The notes under the pieces are model-generated. The model was not told where the DNA came from and did not search any database. It saw only the letters and a list, made by a program, of their open reading frames with translations. Below, one piece after another: positions 49,069 to 59,010 of a stretch of 64,000 bases of DNA (position 1 is its first letter; each line of letters opens with the position of its first letter). This DNA comes from Candidatus Kapaibacteriota bacterium (lineage in GTDB: Bacteria > Bacteroidota > Ignavibacteria > OLB7): the NCBI GenBank assembly GCA_048594725.1, contig JBMDXA010000199.1:159-64158 (forward strand), given 5' to 3'. Position numbers and translations under genes: made by a program.

Positions 49069-49751
49069 CACATCCGATAGCCACCATATCATGCAGGAGA
49101 TGAGCTTCCGGCTCCTGCCACACCATAGTCTTCAGGGCTTCCAGCGGACGGCATTTCTCTCCCCGTCGGGCATTGCCCCATGGGCGGTAGCCGGTGGCCG
49201 GCAGCGCGATAGCGCCGATCACGGCAACCCGATCCCGGTAATCCGTTTCGATGGCATCTCTGCATCACCAGCGTTTCTCGTATCCGGGATTCGGTCCGGT
49301 CCGGCCGTTTTCATCCACGGATTCCCATGATGGTCCATCCATCTTCGTTTCTCCCCCGCATCCGGATCAATCGTATTCCATCTGTTTTATCATCCGATCC
49401 ATGGCAAAGGGCGGAAGGCCGCGCGCTGGATATCACCTTTATCGTTTCTCCTGTGGCCGATACCGCATTGCACCCTGCAACGGGGCGTACGGAGTGCGAA
49501 CCCGCCCCAGCGGCATGCAACCAGCAGAGAGTCAAGGCTCCGATATCTTCCCCGAAAAAACAGGGGGGGTACATCATCATGTACTGGTGGGATGACTTGC
49601 ATTGAAGTATCATTGCGCGCTTTCCAGAAGCAGTAGTGTCCCCCTTTCCGCCATATCCATCAGGATCATCCCTTCAGCTCCGGGCATGCCCGGGGAGACA
49701 CGTCATCGTCCGTACTCGTTACGGGGTCCCACTCATACACCAGAAATGTTC

Positions 49752-51647
49752 ATGAAAAACTTCGGTAGGATGTACACATCGGCTGCGGTGTTGCTGCTGT
49801 TGCTGGCAACGAAGGCGCTCGCCCAGCCCGTCTTCATCAACAAAATTCCGATTCCGCCGCTGCTGGATGCCCGCGATAGCCTCATCAATCTGGAAATGCG
49901 GGTGATGTATCACAAATTCAACCCGGGCAACCCGCTGGATTCGCTCAACGGCGGCGTGGGCCAGCCGAACGGCATCCGCACGTACGCCTACAACGTGGTT
50001 GGCGATTCCACGATGACGATCCTGGGCCCGACGCTCAAGTGGCACACCTACGACAGCACGGAGATCACCCTGAAGAACATGATCGGCGTGCATACCACCA
50101 CGCACTGGCATGGTGCCGAGGTTCCGTCGCATATGGACGGCGGCCCGCACCAGGAGATCCAGCCGGGCTCCACCTGGTATGTGAACTTCCGGACGCTGGA
50201 CAGCGCCAGCACGCTCTGGTACCATCCGCATTTCCACAACCTCACCATAGAGCATGTGCAGAAGGGGCTTTCCGGGATGGTGATCGTGGAGCGGGAGGAC
50301 GACCCGATCCGGAACACCCTTCCGCGCACCTACGGCGTGGATGATATCCCGGTGATCGTCGGTGATCTGGGCTTCACTCCCGGCTCCTCGCGCGCTGCGG
50401 GCATGGTGATCGATACCACCAAGGTGAAGCGGCCCATCAACCTTATCAACGGCGTCACCAATCCGTATGTGGAGGTGCCGGCCCATATCGTGCGCCTGCG
50501 CATCCTGAACGGCTCCACCCGCAAGGGGATCATGTTCGGCCTCTCGGAGTCCTACACTGCTCCGCTCGCCAACCTGAAGCCGTTCTACCTGATCGCCACC
50601 GATGGCGGGTACACCATGAAGCCCGATACCCTGACCAGCCTTATCAACGGGCCCGGCGCGCGCGATGAGATCATCCTGGATCTGAGCGGCTACCAGCCCG
50701 GCGATACTCTCTATCTCAGCAATCTGAAGGATTCGCTCCCTCCGTTTGTGATCGGTAACACGCGGGCCAGCGGAAATCCCCACGGCGACGGTGCCGGCAA
50801 GGATACCACGAACGGCTCGGCCTTCCTCCAGTTGCGCATCGTGGCCGACAGCACCTTCCCCGGCTATACCCCGGTTACCACGTTCACGCCGTTCACCACC
50901 ACCTGGAGCCCCGGCCTGGCCGATACCTCCAACGTGGTGCGGCATCGCCTGAAGCAGCTGGTGAGCCAGGGGAGCCAGCATACCAGCACCTTCACGATCG
51001 ATGGCATCACCTACGACATGGAGACCATCAATGATACCGTCTGCGTGGATACCAAGGAGATCTGGGCCATCCGGAACCTGACGGAAGTGGCGCATCCGTT
51101 CCACATCCACAAGATTCAGTTCCGTGTGCTGGATGTGGTGGATGCCGCCGGCAACAACGTGGATCTGGAAGAGCACGGGATGAACGGCCCCAAGGACGAC
51201 GTGCTGGTATTTCCCGGCTGGACGCTCCGCTTCCTTGCCCAGTTCGACGACTATCCCGATCCGATCGATCCGATGAACACGTATATGTACCACTGCCATA
51301 TCCTCACCCACGAGGATTCCATCGGCGGCGGGATGATGCACCAGTTCGTGGTCACCAACGAGGGCGCCTGCGCCAGTTCCTCCTATCCCGGCACCGGCAA
51401 TAATGGTCCGGCGATGGTGCTCCTCTCCAACCCGACCGAAGGCGCCATCTACCTGCGAGGCCGCTCGGCGAAGCCCAGCACGCTCGCCATCTTCGATTTC
51501 CAGGGACGCCGCATCCGCGGCCAGCAGCTCCCGGCCTTCGACGGCGATGCCAGGATCAATACCGAGGGGCTTCCTTCGGGCCTGTATCTGGTCGAGTGGC
51601 GCACGCCGGGCGGTGCCACCACCGGCAAGGTTGTGCTGGTGAAGTAA
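49752..51647 (+). CDS. multicopper oxidase with T9SS C-terminal sorting domain
   Basis: It has a Sec signal (MKNFGRMYTSAAVLLLLLATKALAQP), copper motifs HWHG, WYHPH, HPFHIH and HCHILTHED..GMM, and a type-A CTD (IYLRG...LAIFDFQGRRI...GLPSGLYLVEW...KVVLVK). Confidence 0.9.
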   Translation: MKNFGRMYTSAAVLLLLLATKALAQPVFINKIPIPPLLDARDSLINLEMRVMYHKFNPGNPLDSLNGGVGQPNGIRTYAYNVVGDSTMTILGPTLKWHTYDSTEITLKNMIGVHTTTHWHGAEVPSHMDGGPHQEIQPGSTWYVNFRTLDSASTLWYHPHFHNLTIEHVQKGLSGMVIVEREDDPIRNTLPRTYGVDDIPVIVGDLGFTPGSSRAAGMVIDTTKVKRPINLINGVTNPYVEVPAHIVRLRILNGSTRKGIMFGLSESYTAPLANLKPFYLIATDGGYTMKPDTLTSLINGPGARDEIILDLSGYQPGDTLYLSNLKDSLPPFVIGNTRASGNPHGDGAGKDTTNGSAFLQLRIVADSTFPGYTPVTTFTPFTTTWSPGLADTSNVVRHRLKQLVSQGSQHTSTFTIDGITYDMETINDTVCVDTKEIWAIRNLTEVAHPFHIHKIQFRVLDVVDAAGNNVDLEEHGMNGPKDDVLVFPGWTLRFLAQFDDYPDPIDPMNTYMYHCHILTHEDSIGGGMMHQFVVTNEGACASSSYPGTGNNGPAMVLLSNPTEGAIYLRGRSAKPSTLAIFDFQGRRIRGQQLPAFDGDARINTEGLPSGLYLVEWRTPGGATTGKVVLVK

Positions 51648-51701
51648 CCGGCTGCCTGTCTACCAGGATGTGCCAGGCCATGCCACCGGCCGCATAACGC
51701 A

Positions 51702-51742
51702 ACGGCCCTCGTGAACGCATCACGAGGGCCGTTATTTTTTTT
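51702..51742 (+). terminator. intrinsic terminator after the multicopper oxidase gene
   Basis: A perfect 12-13-bp stem, ACGGCCCTCGTG (51702-51713) with CACGAGGGCCGT (to 51732), followed by TATTTTTTTT. Confidence 0.75.
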
Positions 51743-51812
51743 AATGATGTACGATGGAATTAAAATTACCCCCAATCGAAGAATCCCCCTCCCACCACCA
51801 CCAATTCCGCAT

Positions 51813-51856
51813 CCCCCAATCGAAAATCCAAAATCGAAAATCGAAAATTTCCCCCC
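51813..51856 (-). repeat. GATTTTC-heptamer element (copy E5, minus orientation), just 3' of the DUF1501 gene
   Basis: The reverse complement reads GGGGGGAAATTTTCGATTTTCGATTTTGGATTTTCGATTGGGGG. It lies 12 nt after the minus-strand stop at 51868. A partial copy, CCCCCAATCGAAGAATCCCCC, is at 51769-51789. Confidence 0.8.
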
Positions 51857-51867
51857 GAAACTGCCCA

Positions 51868-53406
51868 TCACCTCACCACCGTCATCCGCTTCGAAATCCG
51901 GTACCGTCCGTTCTCCATAGTGTAGAGATAGGAGCCGGAGGGGAGGGCGGAGACATCCACCGGCAGGCGGTGTTCCCCCGCTTCCACGGTGCGATCCAGG
52001 ATGGAGCGGAGGGCCTTGCCATCGGCGGCGAACAGGCCGATACGCACGCGGGAGCGCTCCGGAATCCGGAACGCCAGCGTGGTGGCGGTGGATGCGGGGT
52101 TCGGCATATTTCCCAGCAGTTCCACCCCGGCCATCCGCGCATCGCTCTCATCGGGGACGCCGACGGTGGGAGCATTGAAGAGGGGGAGACGCTCGAAGTT
52201 CCCGCCGAGCGCCGTTTCGGCATAGGCGGGGGCGAACCCGAGCCAGTCGCGGAGGACCGAGGCATAGATCTGCCGGAAGTCGTTCACGAACTTGATATCG
52301 CCACGGTTGTCCAGGTCCACAAGGTTCGGAGCGCCGCCTATCACCGTTCCTCCCAGCACCCCCTTGCCTATCACCAGCTGCGGCGATGCGGCGCCATGAT
52401 CGGTGCCGGCCGAGCCGTTTTCATTGACGCGCCGCCCGAACTCCGAATAGGTCATGCAGGCCACGCGATCGGCGTTGCCGGCCGCCCCGATATCGGCCAG
52501 GAAGGTGCTCACCCCGCGCGACAACTGGGTAAGCCGCGCCGCATGGGAGACCATCTGCCCGTTGTGCGTATCGAACCCTCCCAGCGTCACCACATAGACG
52601 CCCGTGCGGAGCCCGCCGTTGATAAGGCGCGCCACCACCCGGAGCTGCGCGGAGAATCCATCGGCATCGTACTGTACGTTGGTGGAGCCGCCGATCATCG
52701 CGTTGCGGATCTCGCTGGAGTAGCGGTTCGACTGCGCTATCACATCCCGCACGAACTTCAGTTCCGGGCCGGCCAGCGTGCCCGGGAGGGGATCATCCGG
52801 CACCGACAGGCCGTTGGCGAGGTTGTAGAACCGGTCCGGGTTGTCGATCGCCATCCCCATGCCGCCGCTTTCTCCCTGAAGCGCCAGCGTGGCGCTGGAG
52901 CCCACCTGCATGGCGAACGGCGCGTTCGGGAGGGTGCCGGGATACTCCGGATGGGAGCGTTCCAGATAGCGTCCCAGCCAGCCGGTATGCCAGATCTCAT
53001 CGGCATCGGAGGCGGTGTGCCAGATATCGGTGGAGCGGAAGTGGGAGCGGTCCTGGTTGGGATAGCCAACGCTCTGCACCACCGCGCACTGTCCGCTGTT
53101 GAACAGGCCGTGCAGGCCGCTCATGGCGTTATGGAACGCAAGGCCGTCGGTGATCGGAAGGGTTTCCCCGGCGCTCAGGCGGATGCTCGGGCGGGCATCG
53201 TGATAGCGCTGGTCGTTGACCGGCACCACCATGTTCAAACCATCGTTGCCGCCGTTCAGGTTGATAAGCACCAGCACCCGGTCCTCCATCGCCGCCGCGC
53301 GCGGAGCGAAGAATCCTTCCAGGGGGCGTGCAAAAAGGCCGCTGGAGACGAGCGGGACCATCGCCCCGGCCTGAAACGTATGTTTGAGAAAATCTCTGCG
53401 CTGCAT
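51868..53406 (-). CDS. DUF1501-family (sulfatase-fold) protein with twin-arginine signal and T9SS C-terminal sorting domain
   Basis: It has the Tat motif MQRRDFLKHTF, DUF1501-type motifs LNGGNDGLN and SEFGRRVNENGSAGTDHG, and a type-A CTD (NMPNPASTATTLAFRIP...IGLFAADGKAL...LPSGSYLYTM...KRMTVVR). Confidence 0.85.
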   Translation of the reverse strand: MQRRDFLKHTFQAGAMVPLVSSGLFARPLEGFFAPRAAAMEDRVLVLINLNGGNDGLNMVVPVNDQRYHDARPSIRLSAGETLPITDGLAFHNAMSGLHGLFNSGQCAVVQSVGYPNQDRSHFRSTDIWHTASDADEIWHTGWLGRYLERSHPEYPGTLPNAPFAMQVGSSATLALQGESGGMGMAIDNPDRFYNLANGLSVPDDPLPGTLAGPELKFVRDVIAQSNRYSSEIRNAMIGGSTNVQYDADGFSAQLRVVARLINGGLRTGVYVVTLGGFDTHNGQMVSHAARLTQLSRGVSTFLADIGAAGNADRVACMTYSEFGRRVNENGSAGTDHGAASPQLVIGKGVLGGTVIGGAPNLVDLDNRGDIKFVNDFRQIYASVLRDWLGFAPAYAETALGGNFERLPLFNAPTVGVPDESDARMAGVELLGNMPNPASTATTLAFRIPERSRVRIGLFAADGKALRSILDRTVEAGEHRLPVDVSALPSGSYLYTMENGRYRISKRMTVVR

Positions 53407-53494
53407 AATTCTGGGTTCCTGCTGGTTCCTCCGGTCCAGTCCGGGGCATTGCTGCGCATCGGAGGCGGGGCCGGAGTGCTGGATGGAGGAGATA

Positions 53495-55120
53495 TTACAT
53501 CAACTGGTATTCGCCGAGGTTCGTGATGCGGATCAGGCAGGCGCGAACTCTCGTGGGGGCGCTCGGAGCGTCCGGGTCCCACTCGTAGGCCGGCCCTCCG
53601 GCCAGCAGCTCATCCAGCAGGGCGGCGCGGGTATCGGCGCTTACGGCGATCGGCAGATGCAGGGCGAGCAGATGATCGAGAAGTTTTTCGGCGTCGCCGG
53701 CATCCGGCAGCGATTTTACATGCGCGGCCGGATCGAACTTGTAGGGGAGGGCGCCGTTGACCGGCTCCAGCCACATCTTCGCGTAGCGGATGCGCAGCGG
53801 CAGGGTGGCGCTGCTGATCCAGGAGCGCCCGCCGGGCCATCCCTTCACGTTGGGCGGATACAAGAGGATCTGCGAGAGATTGGACATCGCGGTAACCGGG
53901 TCGTGGGTTTCCGGGCGGCCGATATCGGTTGTGCTCCGGCTCATCGGCGCTTCCAGGCCGAACGAGCGCACGGCCCCGAGCACGTAATCGGCGGGGCTCT
54001 TGAGCTTTGCGCCGATCACATTCTCATGGAAGAAATGCTCGCTCGTCAGCAACTCCTCCAGCACCGGCTCCATCCGCCAGTTGCTGCTCTCCAGGGTGGC
54101 GGCCATTCCGGCCACGATGGCCGGGTCGGGCGTTTCATGGACGAAATACTGGTAGAGTTTCGAGCAGATGAAGACCGCCGCCCGCTTGTGCTGGAGATCG
54201 CGGTCCTGCTGTTCGAAGATCAGATCGATCACATCGCGCGATGCCTTCCCCTCGATGCCGAAGTTGGCCGATTCCCCGAAGATCGACTTCACTCCGTTGT
54301 CGAATCGTGCCGGGCGGAACTCGCTTCCCAGCTCCCTGACGGTCCAGCCGGTGAGCGCCCTTGCCAGCTCCACGATATCATGCTCGGTATAGTGCGGGGT
54401 GCCATCGGCATAGGTGCCGATCCCCATTGTAAAGAGCTCCAGCAGCTCGCGCGCATAGTTCTCGTTCGGGTTGCCGGCGCGGCTTGTGGCGCCGTCCAGA
54501 TACACCAGCATGGCCGGGTCGATGGTGACCTTCTTGGTCAGCTCCCTGAAGTCGCCGAAGGCATGGTCGCGGAAGAGCTGGTTCTGCCTGTACATGTACT
54601 GCGCAACCAGCACCGTGGGGTATTCGCTGACGAAGTGATTATGCCAGAACAGGACCATCTTCTCGCGCAGCATGCGTGCCGGGGCCAGCATCAGTGCGGC
54701 CCACCATTCCTGGGTATCGCGGGTCCAGGTGCCGTACTGTGCCCGCTCGGGATTGTTCACCTGGGCGAACGGCGTCTGCGATGCCCAGGCGCCGGGCGCA
54801 TCCGGGAGCGGAGCGGCCGCAAGCATCCCCTTGACGATCGCCGAGGGAGTGGAGCCGAGCGCTCCCTGGAGGGTGTTCCAGGTGGCGCCGAATCCGATGC
54901 GGCGGAGCAGATGCCCGGCGCGGCGGATATCCCACGGCTGTTCGGCGCTCGGCGTGTACGGCTTCAGCGAGCCGATGGCCGATGCCCTCCCGTAGGGGGC
55001 CGGTCCGGTATGGTCCCCGCGGTAGGAGGGGGGGCCGGTATCAGGCGAGACGGGGCGGAGGCCGCCGAGGAGAGAGGCGGCCGGTGCGGCACCATTTTGC
55101 AGGAATGATCGTCTGTTCAT
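53495..55120 (-). CDS. DUF1800-family protein
   Basis: It contains MVLFWHNHFVSE and NENYARELLELFTMG, which are signature stretches, with a Tat-like N-terminus MNRRSFLQNGAA. The start is at ATG 55120. It forms the classic pair with the downstream DUF1501 gene. Confidence 0.85.
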   Translation of the reverse strand: MNRRSFLQNGAAPAASLLGGLRPVSPDTGPPSYRGDHTGPAPYGRASAIGSLKPYTPSAEQPWDIRRAGHLLRRIGFGATWNTLQGALGSTPSAIVKGMLAAAPLPDAPGAWASQTPFAQVNNPERAQYGTWTRDTQEWWAALMLAPARMLREKMVLFWHNHFVSEYPTVLVAQYMYRQNQLFRDHAFGDFRELTKKVTIDPAMLVYLDGATSRAGNPNENYARELLELFTMGIGTYADGTPHYTEHDIVELARALTGWTVRELGSEFRPARFDNGVKSIFGESANFGIEGKASRDVIDLIFEQQDRDLQHKRAAVFICSKLYQYFVHETPDPAIVAGMAATLESSNWRMEPVLEELLTSEHFFHENVIGAKLKSPADYVLGAVRSFGLEAPMSRSTTDIGRPETHDPVTAMSNLSQILLYPPNVKGWPGGRSWISSATLPLRIRYAKMWLEPVNGALPYKFDPAAHVKSLPDAGDAEKLLDHLLALHLPIAVSADTRAALLDELLAGGPAYEWDPDAPSAPTRVRACLIRITNLGEYQLM

Positions 55121-55659
55121 GCGCTGTAACCCTGACTGGAAAATCTGGGTGCCGGGACGCAAGGCACCTGAGTGCTGCATTCCCGGCGGGGGAGTCCCTA
55201 TACTTGATCTGTAACGGTAGCAATCGCGAAAGAGGCGGGGCGAGATCCGGGATCGACATGGGACCATGCATACCTGCACGGGGCGGACCTGATTCTCCCG
55301 GACCGGAAGAGAAGTTACATCTGATTTCAGACGCAATCAAGCGGACGATAGTGTGGAGGTTACTGAATCGCGAAACCGCGTCAGTAGAGAGGAAGTCGGG
55401 ACCCGGGATGGCCGGAGTCAGGGAGTTGGAAGGGGAGCTGGCGGAGAGCGGTTCAAGGCCGCTACGCACCGGCTACGGCCCCTGCAGGGAGGGATCGGCC
55501 GGCTGGCATCCGCCTCGTGAATTGCCTTGTCGCGCGATTGCACCGGTGCTAACTAGGGGCAGCCGAAGCGCCGCCGTTAAGCCTGTCTGGTTTGTATTTG
55601 GCGGCTTAAACCGGTAGATTCGCTGTCATTTTCAGGAAACTACAACAGGAACTTCATAC

Positions 55660-56496
55660 GTGGCCTGGGAGACTGAGCAATCGGAGCAGGATAAACTGCT
55701 CCAGCGCGAGCTGATCGAAAGCGGTACGCTTCCGAATCATGTGGCGATCATCATGGACGGCAACGGCCGCTGGGCCAAGGAGCGCGGGCTGCCTCGCGTT
55801 GCCGGCCACCGCGAGGGGGTGGATTCTGTTCGTGATATCGTCAAGGCATGCGGCCAGTTGCACATCTCGTTCCTTACGCTGTATGCGTTCTCCACCGAGA
55901 ACTGGAAGCGTCCGCACAGCGAGGTGATGGTGCTGATGAATCTGCTTCTTCACTATCTTCGCAGCGAATTGGAAGAACTTAATCGCAACAACGTACGCCT
56001 GAATGCGATAGGGAATCTCAATTCACTGCCGAAGCCGGTACAGAAACAGCTCTACAGGAGCATCGAGAAACTCTCCGGGAATACCGGTCTTACCCTGACG
56101 CTGGCGCTCAGCTACAGCGGGCGCTGGGATATCCTGCGCGCGGTGCAGACGCTGGCGCTGGATGTGCGCCGGGGGAAGCTCTCGCCGGAGGATATCACCG
56201 AGGAGCTGTTTCGAACCTATCTGACAACCGAGTCGCTTCCCGACCCCGACCTCATGATTCGCACAAGCGGCGAGATGCGTCTCAGCAACTTTCTCCTCTG
56301 GGAGATGGCCTATGCCGAGATCCGCGTCGCCCCCGTCTACTGGCCTGATTTCAGGCGGCAACATCTCTACGATTCACTCGCCGATTATCTGCAGCGCGAA
56401 CGCCGTTTCGGCAGGACAAGCGAGCAGTTGAGCGATTCGGAGAAGCCTCAGAGAACCTACGTTCAGAAGATCCTAGATGCGTTTACCCGTCAATAG
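55660..56496 (+). CDS. uppS: isoprenyl transferase (undecaprenyl-diphosphate synthase)
   Basis: It has HVAIIMDGNGRWA, FSTENWKRP and RTSGEMRLSNFLLWEMAYAE. The apparent start is GTG. Confidence 0.92.
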   Translation: MAWETEQSEQDKLLQRELIESGTLPNHVAIIMDGNGRWAKERGLPRVAGHREGVDSVRDIVKACGQLHISFLTLYAFSTENWKRPHSEVMVLMNLLLHYLRSELEELNRNNVRLNAIGNLNSLPKPVQKQLYRSIEKLSGNTGLTLTLALSYSGRWDILRAVQTLALDVRRGKLSPEDITEELFRTYLTTESLPDPDLMIRTSGEMRLSNFLLWEMAYAEIRVAPVYWPDFRRQHLYDSLADYLQRERRFGRTSEQLSDSEKPQRTYVQKILDAFTRQ

Positions 56497-58870
56497 TATC
56501 CGGCGATGGGGCCCCATGCTCGGCGTCGCCGCCGCCCTGGGAACCGCCCTCGGGGCCGCCGTGGCCCCGGCATATGCACAGACCAGCCCCGGCAGCGATC
56601 CCCCTGCCATTCGCGTTCGCGATATCCGTGTGGAGGGGGTACAGTCATCCTCCCCCTCGGCGATCATCTCCTTTTCGGGATTACGGGTCGGTGATCTTAT
56701 CACCCCCACCTCCGATGCGCTCCCCCGTGCGGTGCGCAATCTGATGGACCGGCGCCTGTTCAGCGATGTGAAAATCTACGCCGAAGGGGTCTCCGCCGAT
56801 GGCAGCACCACGCTCGTGATCGTCGTCAAGGAATATCCCCGTGTTGCGGGGGTGGGCTTTGCCGGCAACGACGAAGTGAGCGATGATGACCTCAACGAGC
56901 TTTCCACGATCCGCCCCGGCGATATCGCCTCGCCGTACGAGTTCGATCGCACCCGCTCGAAGATCAGGGCCAAATACTCCGAGGAGGGATATCTCTTCAC
57001 GAAGGTGGCGGCCGCGCAAACCCCCTCGGCGGTCGATACCGGCCGCGTGGATGTGCTCTTCCAGATCGAGGAGGGGCCGGAGGTGCGTATCGGCCAGATC
57101 AGCTTCGCCGGCAACAGCGCCGTCAGCGAGTCGGACCTGAAAGGGGCCATGCAGGATATCCAGGAGAAGTCGTGGTGGCAGTTCTGGCGCTCCTCGCAGT
57201 TCGATCGCGAACAGCTCAAGGCCGATGAAAAGCGGGTGGTGGATTACTACCGCAGCCGCGGATATATCGATGCGGAGATCCTCGACGACTCCATCGCGAT
57301 CAACCCCGTCTCCGGCCGCGCCGATGTCAATATCACCGTCAGGGAGGGGAACCCGGCCTATCTGCGCTCGGTCAGCATCACCGGCAACACGGTCTATCCC
57401 ACCGATGTGCTGATGCGGCGCCTGGAGGCGGAGCCGGGGGAGCCGTACAACCAGGTGGCGATCGAGCAGAACCTGCGGGGCAACGAGGAGCAGACCGATA
57501 TCCAGTCGCTGTATCTGGACAACGGCTATCTCTCGTTCAATGCCCAGATCTCCGAGCAGCGCATCGGCGCCGACTCGGTGGATGTGGTTATCAAGCTGAG
57601 CGAGGGGGGGCCCTCCTCGATCCGTTATGTGTCGATCGTGGGGAACACGAAGACGCGCGACAAGGTGATCCGCCGCGAACTCTATACGCGCCCCGGAGAT
57701 ACCTTCTCCAAGGCGGCCGTCATCCGCTCGCTGCGGAACCTCGCCAACCTGAATTATTTCAACCCGGAGCGCCTGCAGCCGGATGTGCAGCCGGTGGATG
57801 CCACGTCGGTGGATGTCACCTACCAGGTGGAGGAGCGCCCGAGCGATACGTTCAATGCCTCGCTCGGCCTCAGCTCGCAGGGGCTTACCGGCATGCTGGG
57901 GGTCTCCTTCACGAACTTCTCCCTGCTGGAGCCCCTTACCGGCGGCGGCGGGCAGATCCTGAACTTCAACTGGGAGTTCGGCGAATATCTCACCACGTTC
58001 TCGCTCGGCGTCACCGAGCCGTGGCTGTTCGATGATCCCACGTCGCTCGGCGCCAGCGTCTTCTACCAGACGCGCGAGGTGAGCGATTACCGCCTGCGCC
58101 GTATCGGTGCGGCGGTGAACCTGGGACGCCGCCTGCGCTGGCCGGACGATTATTTCCGTGCCGACCTGAGCATGAACTTCCTCCGGAACAATATCGAGGG
58201 GGATGAGGCATCAAGCTCCTACTATCGCAACGGCAGCGAGTTGAGCGCTACGCTGTCGCTGTCGCGTTCCAGCATCGACAACCCGATCTTCCCGACGGTA
58301 GGGTCGCGGTTCTCCTTTGCGAACACTGTTGCGGGACTTGGCGACGCCGAATACACGAAACATGAGATCCGATTCGACTTCTATTCACCCCTGGCGCAGC
58401 TCGGGGAATCGAACCCGCTGGTGTTCTATCTCGGCAACGAGTACGGCTATCTGAACGATTACGGTCCCATCTCGCTGATTCCTCCCACGGCGTTCTATTC
58501 GATGGGTGGCACCGGCATCGGCGGCTTCAACGTGACGCCGCTCAGAGGCTACCGCGACGGCTCCATCGGCCCGGTGGGCTCCGATAACATCCCGGTCGGG
58601 AAGGTGTATACCAAGATCACCTCGGAACTTCGTTTCGGCGTCTCGATCAACCCGATACCGATCTACCTGCTGGCGTTTGCCGAGGCGGGGAACGTCTGGG
58701 AACGGTTCCGCGGGGTGGACCCGTTCGATCTGAAGCGCTCGGCCGGCCTCGGCCTTCGCCTTACGATTCCGGGCGTTGGTCTGCTCGGATTCGATTACGG
58801 CTATGGCTTCGACCGCGACAGCGAAGGGGTGCCGGGAGGATGGCAGTTCCACTTCCAGTTCGGCCGCTAA
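56477..58870 (+). CDS. bamA: outer membrane protein assembly factor BamA
   Basis: It has a signal peptide ending APAYAQ, five POTRA-like repeats (IRVEGVQ..., VGFAGN..., ISFAGN..., VSITGN..., VSIVGN...) and a C-terminal Omp85 barrel ending WQFHFQFGR. Confidence 0.93.
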   Translation: MRLPVNSIRRWGPMLGVAAALGTALGAAVAPAYAQTSPGSDPPAIRVRDIRVEGVQSSSPSAIISFSGLRVGDLITPTSDALPRAVRNLMDRRLFSDVKIYAEGVSADGSTTLVIVVKEYPRVAGVGFAGNDEVSDDDLNELSTIRPGDIASPYEFDRTRSKIRAKYSEEGYLFTKVAAAQTPSAVDTGRVDVLFQIEEGPEVRIGQISFAGNSAVSESDLKGAMQDIQEKSWWQFWRSSQFDREQLKADEKRVVDYYRSRGYIDAEILDDSIAINPVSGRADVNITVREGNPAYLRSVSITGNTVYPTDVLMRRLEAEPGEPYNQVAIEQNLRGNEEQTDIQSLYLDNGYLSFNAQISEQRIGADSVDVVIKLSEGGPSSIRYVSIVGNTKTRDKVIRRELYTRPGDTFSKAAVIRSLRNLANLNYFNPERLQPDVQPVDATSVDVTYQVEERPSDTFNASLGLSSQGLTGMLGVSFTNFSLLEPLTGGGGQILNFNWEFGEYLTTFSLGVTEPWLFDDPTSLGASVFYQTREVSDYRLRRIGAAVNLGRRLRWPDDYFRADLSMNFLRNNIEGDEASSSYYRNGSELSATLSLSRSSIDNPIFPTVGSRFSFANTVAGLGDAEYTKHEIRFDFYSPLAQLGESNPLVFYLGNEYGYLNDYGPISLIPPTAFYSMGGTGIGGFNVTPLRGYRDGSIGPVGSDNIPVGKVYTKITSELRFGVSINPIPIYLLAFAEAGNVWERFRGVDPFDLKRSAGLGLRLTIPGVGLLGFDYGYGFDRDSEGVPGGWQFHFQFGR

Positions 58871-59010
58871 TCGCTCCTTGATGCAGTCTTTTACGCCGGA
58901 CCCGCTAAACTCCGCAGCGCGGGACGGGTCTGGCGTAGAGCGTTGCACGCGCACAGGTTCAATTCACTTCAATCAGCGTTCACTTACTCAGTCTCTTACG
59001 CTCTAATCAC

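Noticed and set aside
47146-49092. A 648-aa minus-strand ORF overlapping the S1-domain gene and the tRNA
   Set aside because: It is antisense to clear S1 domains, crosses a terminator and tRNA-Leu, and has a low-complexity Leu/Arg/Ala/Gly translation.
51754-55108. Two long plus-strand ORFs (51754..53526, 590 aa; 53384..55108, 574 aa)
   Set aside because: They are antisense to the DUF1501 and DUF1800 genes, which carry family signature motifs, Tat signals and a T9SS CTD. The plus-strand translations are Arg/Gly/His-rich.
55388-55400. GAGGAAGTCGGG, which resembles the RNase P RNA P4 motif GAGGAAAGTCCGGGC
   Set aside because: It is only a partial match. The other universally conserved RNase P segments (such as the ACAGAACCCGGCTTA-like 3' strand and the AGGGTGAAA region) are not found nearby.
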